Below, piece by piece: positions 1-8,839 of a DNA stretch of 37,663 nt (positions are counted from its first letter, which is position 1; each line of letters starts with the position of its first letter). Origin of the DNA: Methanothrix sp. (GTDB lineage Archaea; Halobacteriota; Methanosarcinia; Methanotrichales; Methanotrichaceae); the NCBI GenBank assembly GCA_003162615.1, contig PMNG01000162.1, positions 1-37,663 of the forward strand, read 5' to 3'. A model generated the notes under the pieces. It did not search any database. It saw only the letters and a list, made by a program, of their open reading frames with translations, and had not been told where the DNA came from. Position numbers and translations under genes: made by a program.

Positions 1-171
1 AAGTTGCGTTAAAGACTATATATACACGTCCCTGATATATCTAATTAATGAAATTAAAATCCCTTTCTATTCTATGAGGAAATTGGTTTAAGCTCAGGAC
101 TCTACACAACTTGAACTTAGCTGAAACTTTTATATACAATAATAACTGTATAATCATGATTATTTCGTCAG

Positions 172-411
172 GTGGGAAGTTTATCAAAAAATATAACGCT
201 ATTTAGATGTGTCGTAGCATCTATCTTTGTGATAATCTCGACGGCTGCCATTCCGTGCTTGGCTGTTGATGAACATTATTCGGTGAAGAAACTAACCTAT
301 ATAACTGAGCAATTTCCACCTTATAACTACCAAGAAGGAGGCAAGTTGCAGGGCATCTCAGTGGATCTTCTGGAAAAAATGTGGAACAAAATGAACGTAA
401 ACTTGTTTCCA
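172..411 (+). pseudogene. N-terminal fragment of a family-3 (type 2 periplasmic-binding fold) ABC-transporter solute-binding protein, truncated
   Basis: ORF 172..570 starts with a hydrophobic signal/anchor (VVASIFVIISTAAIPCLA). It continues KKLTYITEQFPPYNYQEGGKLQGISVDLLEKMW, the typical start of solute-binding family 3 proteins. Family-like sequence stops near codon 78 (about nt 406), exactly where the antisense transposase relic ends. The rest of the ORF is read-through. Confidence 0.5.
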
Positions 412-902
412 GAGAATGCCTCAGTAAAAGTGGTAACCCAAACTGATTTGTTACTAAGCCGAGAACAAACCGCTTTAGATCCGTCCTGCCGTCTTTGGCA
501 TGACCAAAGGTTATCCTTATCGAATCCGTGCCATCAGGTGCATCATTTTCGTATTTGCCACGAACGCTGAAGTTCGTAGTCTCAACATGGATCAGCTGCG
601 TTCCCAAGGGACAAGTTTTCATTATGTGCAAAGTGATCTCATTGAACAGCTCAGTTGGGCCGAATTCGTAAATCGCGTCAAGGATTTCTACCGATTGCAT
701 TGTCATTGAGAGAAGATGGAGTGATGTCTTTGCCGAGCAGTTTTTCGGTTGGAATTGTCTTGAAGTAGTTGGGAAACAAGTATAATCGTTGATGAGTGAA
801 CCCTAAGCTGTTGAGAATCATGGCTTTAGTTGCTATCGAATGTGGTAGATTCCTGGAACCCTGCTTTGGTAGAGCCCTATCTATCACTTCTGCAATTATC
901 AA
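412..902 (-). mobile_element. IS1634-group (IS4 superfamily) transposase relic: N-terminal ~165 codons only, frameshifted, DDE catalytic part missing
   Basis: Two minus-strand ORFs carry the similarity. ORF 678..902 reads ...KAMILNSLGFTHQRLYLFPNYF...SSLNDNAIGR. ORF 221..706 reads LDAIYEFGPTELFNEITL...ITFGHAKDGRTDLKRFVLGLVTNQFGLPLL. Together they read like the DUF4277-type N-terminus plus the H-x-K-D-x-R-x-DLK box of IS1634-like transposases. The pieces are in different frames, consistent with an extra base near 682-685. Similarity ends about nt 412. Confidence 0.6.
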
Positions 903-1564
903 GTCGTCAAAAATTACCGGCTACTATACCAAGATGACCTATATTGTACGACTGGACAGCCACATCCATGCTACATCCCTTCAAAAAGAGCATTTCCGCT
1001 ATTTATTTAAAAATATTTCTGATTTAAAAGATGGAAATTCAGAAATCATGAGTCTAAAGTGCGGAACTTAGGATCAGAGTTGGAGCTATGCAATTTCGGC
1101 TTCACGAATCCACGCAACCACGCAGCATCCCTACCCCAGGTGCGCGAGCCCTCGGGAAATGCAGACCGCTGCCGTATTCACCCAATCTTTTATTTTGATT
1201 AATCTCTGGAGCGAGAGCTCCATGAATTACTGTTGTTATGATTCCGTATAGCCTCGCTGCATGGTCGATGGGTGCCTCTGCGCAAGAAAAGTCTAATCAC
1301 GCTGCTGCCTTCTGTTTCCAGATAAACCGAAACTTAACGCCAAAATCGCATTTTTGAAATTTTTATCCTTAAGAGGATTTTAACACGATTCGATTCTTCA
1401 TCTGTAAAACCGAAGTCTTGTAGAAGGGCTAATAGATCATCGTCATCGCCGCCCCCATAGATAAGACATATCGCGCTTAAAGTAGTTGGTTTAAGGTCAC
1501 TAAGCACATCAAATTCTCGAAATTCCGTTAAATATAAATATAAATAACAAAATAAAGTCCAGTT

Positions 1565-2751
1565 ATGAGGGCACAATTCATCATTTTGATTTTTGTTCTT
1601 ACGAACATTGGGTCTGCAGAGTGTGCGTCATCCCCGCATGCTACAGCGGAGCGAAATCTGACCGTAGGAGCACTGTTATCCCTTCATGGTGATAACAGCA
1701 ATGGAGGTATATCCAGTCAGATCGCTCTTAAGATTGCGGAGGCAGATATAAACACGCTATTCTCTAAGCTAGGGAGAACAATCCGGGTTCATGTTGTAGT
1801 GAAGGATTCACAGAGCGATCCGGATATCACCTTAAAAGCTCTAAAAGAGCTACAGGCCCAGGGGATAAGAATTATACTAGGACCTGAAGAGAGCCAACCT
1901 CTGTCCTATGTGCGAAAATATGCCAATGACAGCGGAATTATTTTGATAAGTGGTTCGAGTACTGCACCCTCACTCGCCATTAAAAATGATACGACCTTCA
2001 GGCTTGTACCAGACGACGATACTCTGGCGCATAATCTGTTGCACTGATGAATAGGGAAGGCATAAAAGTCATAATTCCCTTGGCCAGAAAGGATGTCTGG
2101 GGCGATGGCATGCTCAACGCCGTCAAGAAAGAGTTTGGTCTGAAGGGCGGAACGATGCTGGATGCTGTGCGCTACTATCCAAGTACTGAGAACTTTTCAC
2201 ATGAGTTGAGCCTCTTGCATTCGGAGGTTATCCGTGCCGTTGAGGTCAATGGCAATAGTTCCGTGGCTGTCTGTGTGGCAGCTTTCGACGAAATCCTGCC
2301 CATTTTCTCTCAAGCTAATAGTGATCCTGTGCTTTCCTCAGTTAGATGGTATGATTGTGACACCTCTGCAATTGCCCTGAGCCGTAATCGGAATGCATCA
2401 GAGTTCGCTGTTTCGACACATTTCCTCTTTCCGACATATGGAATCCAGAGTAATTCGAGATACGACCAAATTCGGAAAGCAGTCATGAATGAGACGGGAC
2501 GTGAGGCTGACACATTCGCTGTCAACGATTACGATGCGCTTTGGCTTGTCACCTACACATACCTAATGGTAGGCTCCGATGATCCTGATGCATTTAAATG
2601 GGTGTTTCCTTTGGTTGCCGAGACCTACAAAGGCAACATTGGCTGGATGAAGCTCAATGATGCTGGTGATCTGGAAAATGCGCCTTTTACTTTTGTACAT
2701 ATGAAGGAGAATAATGGTAGCTTCGAGCGGACTCCTTACGCAATTCTTTAG
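1565..2751 (+). pseudogene. LivJ/ANF-receptor type (type 1 periplasmic-binding fold) solute-binding protein, split into two frames at 2045-2049
   Basis: ORF 1565..2047 has a signal peptide, then LTVGALLSLHGDNSNGG...DSQSDPD...TFRLVPDDDTLAHNLLH. ORF 2047..2751 reads MNREGIKVIIPLARKDVWGDG... and together they make one ~394-aa binding protein. The junction is cacTGATGaat. Restoring one base would read ...AHNLLH-x-MNREGIKV.... No permease or ATPase genes are adjacent. Confidence 0.6.
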
Positions 2752-3561
2752 ATGATTGTATGGCGTAGTTTGGGGCCTAATAGAATGAGCAGCTATCATC
2801 TATAGAGATTTAATGAGGTATATAGGTATATCCATAGCGAAAAAATGAACTGATTAGGTAGAACTATTCGCAAAGATGCGCAGAGGCTTCGATGGTCAAG
2901 CATATCAGAAACGCGGATATCCCTGGCTCTGGTCATGGAGATTCGGATATGTCGTGACTGATGCTGCCAAGTGGGGTGTAAATCATGAAAGATACGCCTC
3001 GGAGTTTGATGCTGGATAATATAGGAAGTTGCTGAAAAAGCTTGTACGGTACAACAATAATTGGCATAGTAATACCGGTAATATCAAAATTCTCTAGCTT
3101 AGTACTATTACTGTCCAGACCTGTAAGCTCGTAGGGAACTCTGGAAATCGTGGACGGCTAGGAAAAATGAAATCGACTTTATGGCATGGCATTAGCGTCC
3201 AAAGGCGTGTTTAGTATTCGCGCTAATCAGGTAAAAATAAAAGATCACGGTTATTATAGCATCTATCAATCGCAAGAAGAATGTCCCAAGATGGAGAGCT
3301 GATTGAGGTTATACGAACCTCTATCTTGCCCTTCCGGGGCGAGGTCCAAAACCTCAAGTACCGATGGAACTGAATTTAATTAATCCTTAGTTAGCCATCG
3401 ACGGTCCCTAATGAATTGCGCCCATAGCTTATTGCAAGAAGAGTATATCATAAAGTTTCTGAATGGTTTCTAGTAATAAGCGCTGGAACTTAGATCTGCT
3501 CAGGCAATACTATTCAGGAAATCTGATTTTTAAAGTTCAAGTGATTTATAACCATCCTCAA

Positions 3562-5064
3562 CTACTTCGAGGAATTAAAGTCCAGAAGAGATCGTTGTTT
3601 CTTGCTGTCCTTGGTCTTTGAAGGTTCTGGTTTAGCTTCGGCATCGAGCCTCTTGTCTTCCAGATTAACAGGCCCCGATTCAGCCTCAGCCTCCTTCGCC
3701 GGTTCGGCCTTCTCTTCCGTTTCACGCTCCAGCGACCTCTGCCCTGTTACGTGCCATCCCAGATCTATCTCCTCGGCAAGCTCCGTCTCCCTGATCTTCT
3801 GAGCCTCATCGAATATCGTCTGGACTTTCTTGGTGGTTGGGGTAGTCACCATCAGCAGGGCGATCTCATCCGGATTCAGGTCCAGCTCGGCCGCCACAGC
3901 CGGAGCCAGCTTCTTGCTCTTGAGAAGCAGTCCCAAGAAGTCCATCAGCTCCGACCGGGCAAATCCAGCGGAAACATGGCAGCGCGCTCCTATCTTCTTT
4001 GCGGCCGAGTCTCGGACGTTGCGGGCCTTTCTGGATTGTCCCATCCTGCGCCATAGGGCCGGAGGCCGAAACGCAATATATCCTGATCTACGTGCTGTCC
4101 TGGAGGCCTGGACGCCTCCAGTCATGAGAAAGCCAGCGTATCTCCACAGACCGTAGTTCTGCCGGCGTCTTACTCTTCCCAAGAACACGTCGGCCCTGGC
4201 GAGAGTGTCAAACCCGGCGAGAAGGTCGGCGCCCTGATAGGCAACAGGGAGGTTCTCGTCTATCCAGTGAACAAGATCCTCTGGGCTCTCGTCCAGCGTA
4301 TAAGATGCCTGCAGGGCCTCCGATGGATTGCTGCCACGGAATATGACCTCCAGAACCTTGAAGATGGAATCCTTTACATCGCGCTCTGCTGTGGCTACAT
4401 CCTCCTGTCGGAGCTCTGATTGGCCTTGTGCGGCAGCTTGAAGATCATTTATTCCGGAACGCAGGTCGCCTCCGGCCCTCTCAGCGATCATCTCAATGGC
4501 ATCCGGGTCGCAGGCGATAGCCTCGGCTTTGCATATTGTCCTCAGGGTTGAGGCAATGGTGACGGATCTCACCGACCGGAATGAAATTCCTTTAGCAGCA
4601 TCTCTCAAGGGCTTATCTATCTCGTAGTACTCGTTGGCGATGAGCAGGACTGGCTGACTTGATCCCCTGACAAGCTTGAGCATGGCCGCAGCACCTCCAC
4701 GGTCTGCGGTGCCGTGCAGGTTGTCGGCCTCGTCCAGAATCACAAGGCGTCTGCTGCCGGAGAATGTGCTGGTCCTTGATGCTGGGCCGGCGATCCTGTC
4801 TATCATTCCCGCGGTCCGCACATCGCTGGCGTTCATCTCGACCTCTTCCCAGTCCATCTCCTTTGCAAGAGCCAACGCTGCAGAGGTCTTGCCTGTTCCC
4901 GGTGGCCCATAGAGGATAGCTGCCCTGATTACCGGTCGATCTTGCTCCCAGGCTTCCGCCCACTCCCTGAGCTCAGAAATGGCCTTGCCGTTTCCCAGGA
5001 CCTCCTGGAGTGAGTTTGGCCGATACTTCTCTGTCCACTTAGCGGAGGCGGTAACCGATGCCAT
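3562..5064 (-). CDS. rfcL: Replication factor C large subunit
   Basis: WTEKYRPNSLQEVLGNGKAISELREWAEAW, Walker A LYGPPGTGKTSAALALA, ILDEADNL box. The charged C-terminal tail ends in a PIP-like box, QRSLLDF. Confidence 0.93.
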   Translation of the reverse strand: MASVTASAKWTEKYRPNSLQEVLGNGKAISELREWAEAWEQDRPVIRAAILYGPPGTGKTSAALALAKEMDWEEVEMNASDVRTAGMIDRIAGPASRTSTFSGSRRLVILDEADNLHGTADRGGAAAMLKLVRGSSQPVLLIANEYYEIDKPLRDAAKGISFRSVRSVTIASTLRTICKAEAIACDPDAIEMIAERAGGDLRSGINDLQAAAQGQSELRQEDVATAERDVKDSIFKVLEVIFRGSNPSEALQASYTLDESPEDLVHWIDENLPVAYQGADLLAGFDTLARADVFLGRVRRRQNYGLWRYAGFLMTGGVQASRTARRSGYIAFRPPALWRRMGQSRKARNVRDSAAKKIGARCHVSAGFARSELMDFLGLLLKSKKLAPAVAAELDLNPDEIALLMVTTPTTKKVQTIFDEAQKIRETELAEEIDLGWHVTGQRSLERETEEKAEPAKEAEAESGPVNLEDKRLDAEAKPEPSKTKDSKKQRSLLDFNSSK

Positions 5065-5065
5065 T

Positions 5066-5494
5066 CTACCAGATTCCCTCTCGACCCGTTATCTCAACAA
5101 CCTCGATCTCCCAGATGGTCATCTCCATCCGCTCTAGCTCTTCCCTCTGGAACTTTTTGTCACTGTGGCCTCCGATGCCTCTCTTAATGAAGGCGTCGAA
5201 CATCTTGGTCTTGGCTTCGATGTCAGAGGAGAGTTTGGCTTTTCCAAAAGCGAGAACACTCGCCCAGCGGTCAACATTGAGTTGGTCAACCTCGAAGCAG
5301 ACCCTTGAATTTTTGACGGCCATTTCTATCTTCCTCCCTCTGCCACGGGAGTGGAGGTAGATTTTACCACCGGAATAGACATAGGACATGGGTATGACAT
5401 AAGGATTGTCATCTGAGGAGAGTCCGAGCCTGCCAAATTTAGCAGAGGAGAGAATTGAGGCGCATTCATCCTGGGATAGAGTCCTGGGCTTCAT
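5066..5494 (-). CDS. Pyridoxamine 5'-phosphate oxidase-family (FMN-binding split-barrel, NimA-like) protein
   Basis: 142 aa. The pattern LSQDECASILSSAKFGRLGLS...PYVIPMSYVY.GGKIYLHS...GRKIEM...NSRVCFEVD is typical of the PNPOx-like split-barrel family. Its stop codon lies 1 nt upstream of the rfcL ATG. Confidence 0.7.
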   Translation of the reverse strand: MKPRTLSQDECASILSSAKFGRLGLSSDDNPYVIPMSYVYSGGKIYLHSRGRGRKIEMAVKNSRVCFEVDQLNVDRWASVLAFGKAKLSSDIEAKTKMFDAFIKRGIGGHSDKKFQREELERMEMTIWEIEVVEITGREGIW

Positions 5495-5653
5495 GGATTC
5501 ATGTCTTTGCTCAAGGGTTATAGCCTTTGTTCAGATGGAGAAAACGATCACTTTGAACGAGTTGTCTTATTCGACGTTGTCTGAGGAATCTCGTACTTGC
5601 ATTGGGCCATTAGGATTCCAATCCAAAATAAAAAATGATAATCCGTCAATACA

Positions 5654-7027
5654 TCAATAGTCCCTCTGGTTTCTCGTTCTGGTTTCGTAGCTGTGGTAGG
5701 TGTCTTTCTGCTTGTCCTGGAGGTAGACATAGTTGAACTTGCTGTCCTCCTTGTGCTCTTCGAACTCCTCTCTGGCATCCTCCCGGCAGCTAGTACAGGC
5801 GTTACGTGGCAGGGACACACAGAAGGCACTGTTCAGTATACCGTAACCCTTCTGGGCCTGAGAGGCGATGGTCATGTATCCGTGGCATCTGTCGCAAAGC
5901 CTGACAGTCTCTTCTTGACCCTCGTTGATCATGTCGGTATCGTAGAAGATGCGCTTGCGCCTGCGGTAGAACTGCCCATGCTCTGCCAGGGCATCCTCAA
6001 CAAGCCGATCGCGGTTATCCCAGATCTCTTGAAGCTGCCCTATAGTCGCTTCTATATCTCTCTTCATCTCTGCAGACTGAACGAACTTGCCCGGCACATA
6101 ATCCGGCTCCCTGACATGAGAATAGTCGAGTCCGGCCATGGCCTGGATTATGCCGGTGTTGACGTAAGGCAGAGCAGTCTCAATAGCGTAGCCGCCCTCC
6201 AGGACGCACAGGTCTGGTGCCAGCTTTTCGTTGAGACGAGCGTAACCGTTCGCGGAGAACCGCATGTTGGCCAGGGGATCTGTGTAGTGGTTGTCCTGGC
6301 CTGCCGAGTTCAGCACCAGATCCGGCTTGAAATCCTTCAGTACCGGCAGTATGAAGTTGTCCAGGACGTAGTGAATTCCCTCGTCAGTCGTTCCCGGCGG
6401 GAGCGGTATATTGAGAGTTCTTCCTAACGCCTGGGGGCCGCCCATCTCGTTAGGGAATCCCGATCCCGGATAAAGGGTTCGGCCATCCTGGTGGAAGGAT
6501 ATGAAGAGCACGTCGGGGTCGTGCCAGAAGATGTCCTGGGTTCCGTCACCGTGGTGGACGTCGGTATCGACTATGGCTATCTTCTTGTGGCCGTACCTTG
6601 TCCGGAAGTACTCCACCATGATTGCCATGTTGTTGATGTTGCAGAATCCTCTGTTTCCATGGACGACCATCATGGAATGATGGCCCGGCGGACGGACAAG
6701 GGCGAAGCCGTTACGAATCGCCCCTTCCTCTTTGGCATCGGCGAGAGTGAGCACGCTCCCGGCTGCGATCAAGTGGGCTTCTGTCACCTGGGCCTCTACA
6801 TTCGGGACGCAGAAGTGTACCCTGGATATGTCTTTTGGCGTGGCCAGGCGGGGCTTGTACTCTTCGATCTCTGGAAGGTCCATCAATCCTTCCTCGAAGA
6901 TCTGGTCTCTGGTGTACAGAAGGCGCTCCTCCCTTTCGGGATGTGTCGGCGAGATTGCCCAATCGAAGGCTGGGAAGAATATCAGGCCTGTCTTGCCTGT
7001 CTTGTTCGATGTGTCTTTAGCTGCCAC
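5654..7027 (-). CDS. Histone deacetylase / acetylpolyamine amidohydrolase family enzyme with a Cys-rich C-terminal extension
   Basis: Arginase-deacetylase fold motifs are present: LVRPPGHHS, DTDVHHGDGTQDIF and LEGGY. About 120 extra C-terminal residues contain CDRC...CTSC. The start is GTG, preceded by GGAGGTG-ttaaa. Confidence 0.85.
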   Translation of the reverse strand: MAAKDTSNKTGKTGLIFFPAFDWAISPTHPEREERLLYTRDQIFEEGLMDLPEIEEYKPRLATPKDISRVHFCVPNVEAQVTEAHLIAAGSVLTLADAKEEGAIRNGFALVRPPGHHSMMVVHGNRGFCNINNMAIMVEYFRTRYGHKKIAIVDTDVHHGDGTQDIFWHDPDVLFISFHQDGRTLYPGSGFPNEMGGPQALGRTLNIPLPPGTTDEGIHYVLDNFILPVLKDFKPDLVLNSAGQDNHYTDPLANMRFSANGYARLNEKLAPDLCVLEGGYAIETALPYVNTGIIQAMAGLDYSHVREPDYVPGKFVQSAEMKRDIEATIGQLQEIWDNRDRLVEDALAEHGQFYRRRKRIFYDTDMINEGQEETVRLCDRCHGYMTIASQAQKGYGILNSAFCVSLPRNACTSCREDAREEFEEHKEDSKFNYVYLQDKQKDTYHSYETRTRNQRDY

Positions 7028-7028
7028 T

Positions 7029-8702
7029 TTAACACCTCCCCCAGGCCGGGATAATTCCCGCCGGAATCTCCATCCTTACATCCAGGAGCCTGCCTACGGT
7101 TGACCAGCCTCTGACCATGTTGAAGATCTCGCTGTAGGTTACCTCTGCCTCGTTTGCATACTCGCCGATTCCCATTTTGTTCGCCCGCTCGTTCATCAGT
7201 TTTCTGGCCATCTGCTCAGCTTGCTCCAGGTTCATGTTCTTGCGATCTGCCCTGCCTGTAAGTCCTTCCTCAGCCACAATGTACTCCCCTCTTTCGGTAT
7301 CGATCCGAAGATTCAGGGTAAGCGTGGGCCGAGCCACTGCTGCGCCGATAGCATTGGCCACAGGGGCATATTCGGGGATGACGGCCTTAGCGCCCAGCAT
7401 TTGGGCCACAAGGGGAACCAAAGGCTGCGCTGCGCCACCAACTCCGACAACGTTCTGGGCCAGGAGCTTCTCTTTCTTCACGATCTCCCATACGCGGTAG
7501 GCAGGCTCCTGTTCCCACTCCCGGAACATCTCGTTGACATGGCTCACGATCTTATCCACGACAGCGTCGATGACCTTCTGGGCCACCTCTTTCGGGGTGC
7601 AGCACAACCGCTTTGCAATATCGGCCATTGCCTTCTCGGCAGCCGCAGCATCTCCGATATCGGACATACCAAGAACCCGCAGGGCGTCCGTTGGAGTTGG
7701 GCATGGACCTCCCATACAGAGGGCGGGACCTTCCCTATGAGGTCCTACAGCGATGCAGTCACCGTTCACGCTAACGGCGCTGTCTCCTCCAATGGCCACC
7801 GACTTGACGGCAAAAGCCCGGACGTGAGTAAGAAGAGAGTTGACCCTTGCGCCTTTTGATGACAGCAGGGGCTTGCCTGATAGTATCAAGGCCAGGTCCG
7901 TCGTTGTTCCGCCGATGTCGACAACTACGGATGTCTGCGTCGTTGGCATCAGGGCCATGACGCCCATGATGCTGGCAGCAGGTCCTGAGAAGATGGTCTC
8001 CACCGGCATATTGACAGATTTGTCCAGGGGCAGGGTTCCTCCATCTGCCTTCAGGATGAAGACCGGGGCAGAGATCTTGCGATTCTTTAAGGCAGCATTG
8101 ATCTGGTCTGCGAATTCTCGATACCTATCTTTAGTGGCAACCGTAAGCCTTGTAGTTGCCGCACGTCTGGGGAAGTTTAGCTGGCCTGAGACCCGATGGC
8201 CCAGCTCGACCTGAACACCCGGGACGACGCTTGCCACGATCTCGCCAGCTTTCAGCTCATGGACGTGGTTTCTCTGGCCGAACTTGCCGACTACCGCGAT
8301 TTTCTTGAATCCAATATTCCCCAGCTCCAGAGCAGTTGACTTTACCTGTGATTCGTTCAGCTTCTGAATTTCTCGGCCACGGTAGTCTATGGCTCCATCC
8401 AGGATGAAGACATCCTGGCCCAGATGGTAGTCTTTCGGGTTGGCGCCGGGGCCCGGGATGAGTACGAGAGCTACCGGATCTGTCTTGCCCTCGGCTATCA
8501 TGTTGGTGATCAGGGTGGTGCTTAGCACTACCCTCTCGATCTTATAGGGCGAGACGCCCTCGGTGAGCTTGTCCAGAGCGGAAAGAAGACATCCAAGCAG
8601 GTTGTCGTGGTCTGTCGGGACATAGGCCGACCTGAACACTCTGCCGCCTTCAACCAGCACTGCATCGGTGGTAGTTCCGCCGACATCAATTCCAATCAAC
8701 AT
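7029..8702 (-). CDS. Hydantoinase/oxoprolinase (HyuA-like, ASKHA fold) family protein
   Basis: The N-terminus MLIGIDVGGTTTDAVLVE and a second VVVDIGGTTTDLALI phosphate-binding motif are typical of the hydantoinase A / oxoprolinase family. At 557 aa it is shorter than bacterial HyuA. Its stop lies 1 nt before the start of the HDAC-like gene. Confidence 0.8.
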   Translation of the reverse strand: MLIGIDVGGTTTDAVLVEGGRVFRSAYVPTDHDNLLGCLLSALDKLTEGVSPYKIERVVLSTTLITNMIAEGKTDPVALVLIPGPGANPKDYHLGQDVFILDGAIDYRGREIQKLNESQVKSTALELGNIGFKKIAVVGKFGQRNHVHELKAGEIVASVVPGVQVELGHRVSGQLNFPRRAATTRLTVATKDRYREFADQINAALKNRKISAPVFILKADGGTLPLDKSVNMPVETIFSGPAASIMGVMALMPTTQTSVVVDIGGTTTDLALILSGKPLLSSKGARVNSLLTHVRAFAVKSVAIGGDSAVSVNGDCIAVGPHREGPALCMGGPCPTPTDALRVLGMSDIGDAAAAEKAMADIAKRLCCTPKEVAQKVIDAVVDKIVSHVNEMFREWEQEPAYRVWEIVKKEKLLAQNVVGVGGAAQPLVPLVAQMLGAKAVIPEYAPVANAIGAAVARPTLTLNLRIDTERGEYIVAEEGLTGRADRKNMNLEQAEQMARKLMNERANKMGIGEYANEAEVTYSEIFNMVRGWSTVGRLLDVRMEIPAGIIPAWGRC

Positions 8703-8839
8703 ATATCAATCGCCTTGCTGATTGCGCTTAAAAGGCAAAGATGTATATCGGCTTTGTGGTTCTTTCCCAGAGTACAACCCCTCGTAGCCGGAGGCTCAGA
8801 ACAAATGAATTCGCTGGAATTGATAACTGGAGCAATAGT

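Noticed and set aside
1334-1576. 80-aa minus-strand ORF (MCPHNWTLFCYLYLYL...GGGDDDDLLALLQDFGFTDEESNRV...).
   Set aside because: It has no recognisable motif. Its only ATG overlaps the start and AT-rich promoter region of the binding-protein gene at 1565. The N-terminal part is translated from an (ATAAAT)n-like low-complexity tract.
2876-3019. The 47-codon ORF (…QKRGYPWLWSWRFGYVVTDAAKWGVNHERYASEFDAG) as a relic of a family B DNA polymerase C-terminus.
   Set aside because: The resemblance (RG...YVV...H.(K/R)Y..E(Y/F)) is only a few scattered residues recalled from memory and would need several frame changes. It is too weak to call without an alignment search.
2752-3561. Possibility that the ORF-free AT-rich stretch next to rfcL is a replication origin.
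   Set aside because: No orc1/cdc6 gene is adjacent. I could not find a repeated ORB-like element. Only loose TGGAA(A/C)-containing words occur (3142, 3363, 3481), without a consistent longer consensus or inverted arrangement.
5693-6427. Long ORFs antisense to real genes. Examples: 5693..6427 (244 aa) and 6491..7054 opposite the deacetylase gene, 7221..7859 opposite the hydantoinase gene, 13518..14105 opposite sepS, 32599..33294 (231 aa) opposite hef, 30837..31364 opposite the acyl-CoA synthetase, and 36515..37018 opposite the quinone oxidoreductase.
   Set aside because: Each lies fully inside, or mostly opposite, a gene with unambiguous family motifs. Their translations are low-complexity (Arg/Ser/Pro/Gly-rich) with no motifs. 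This is typical of shadow ORFs on the antisense strand.
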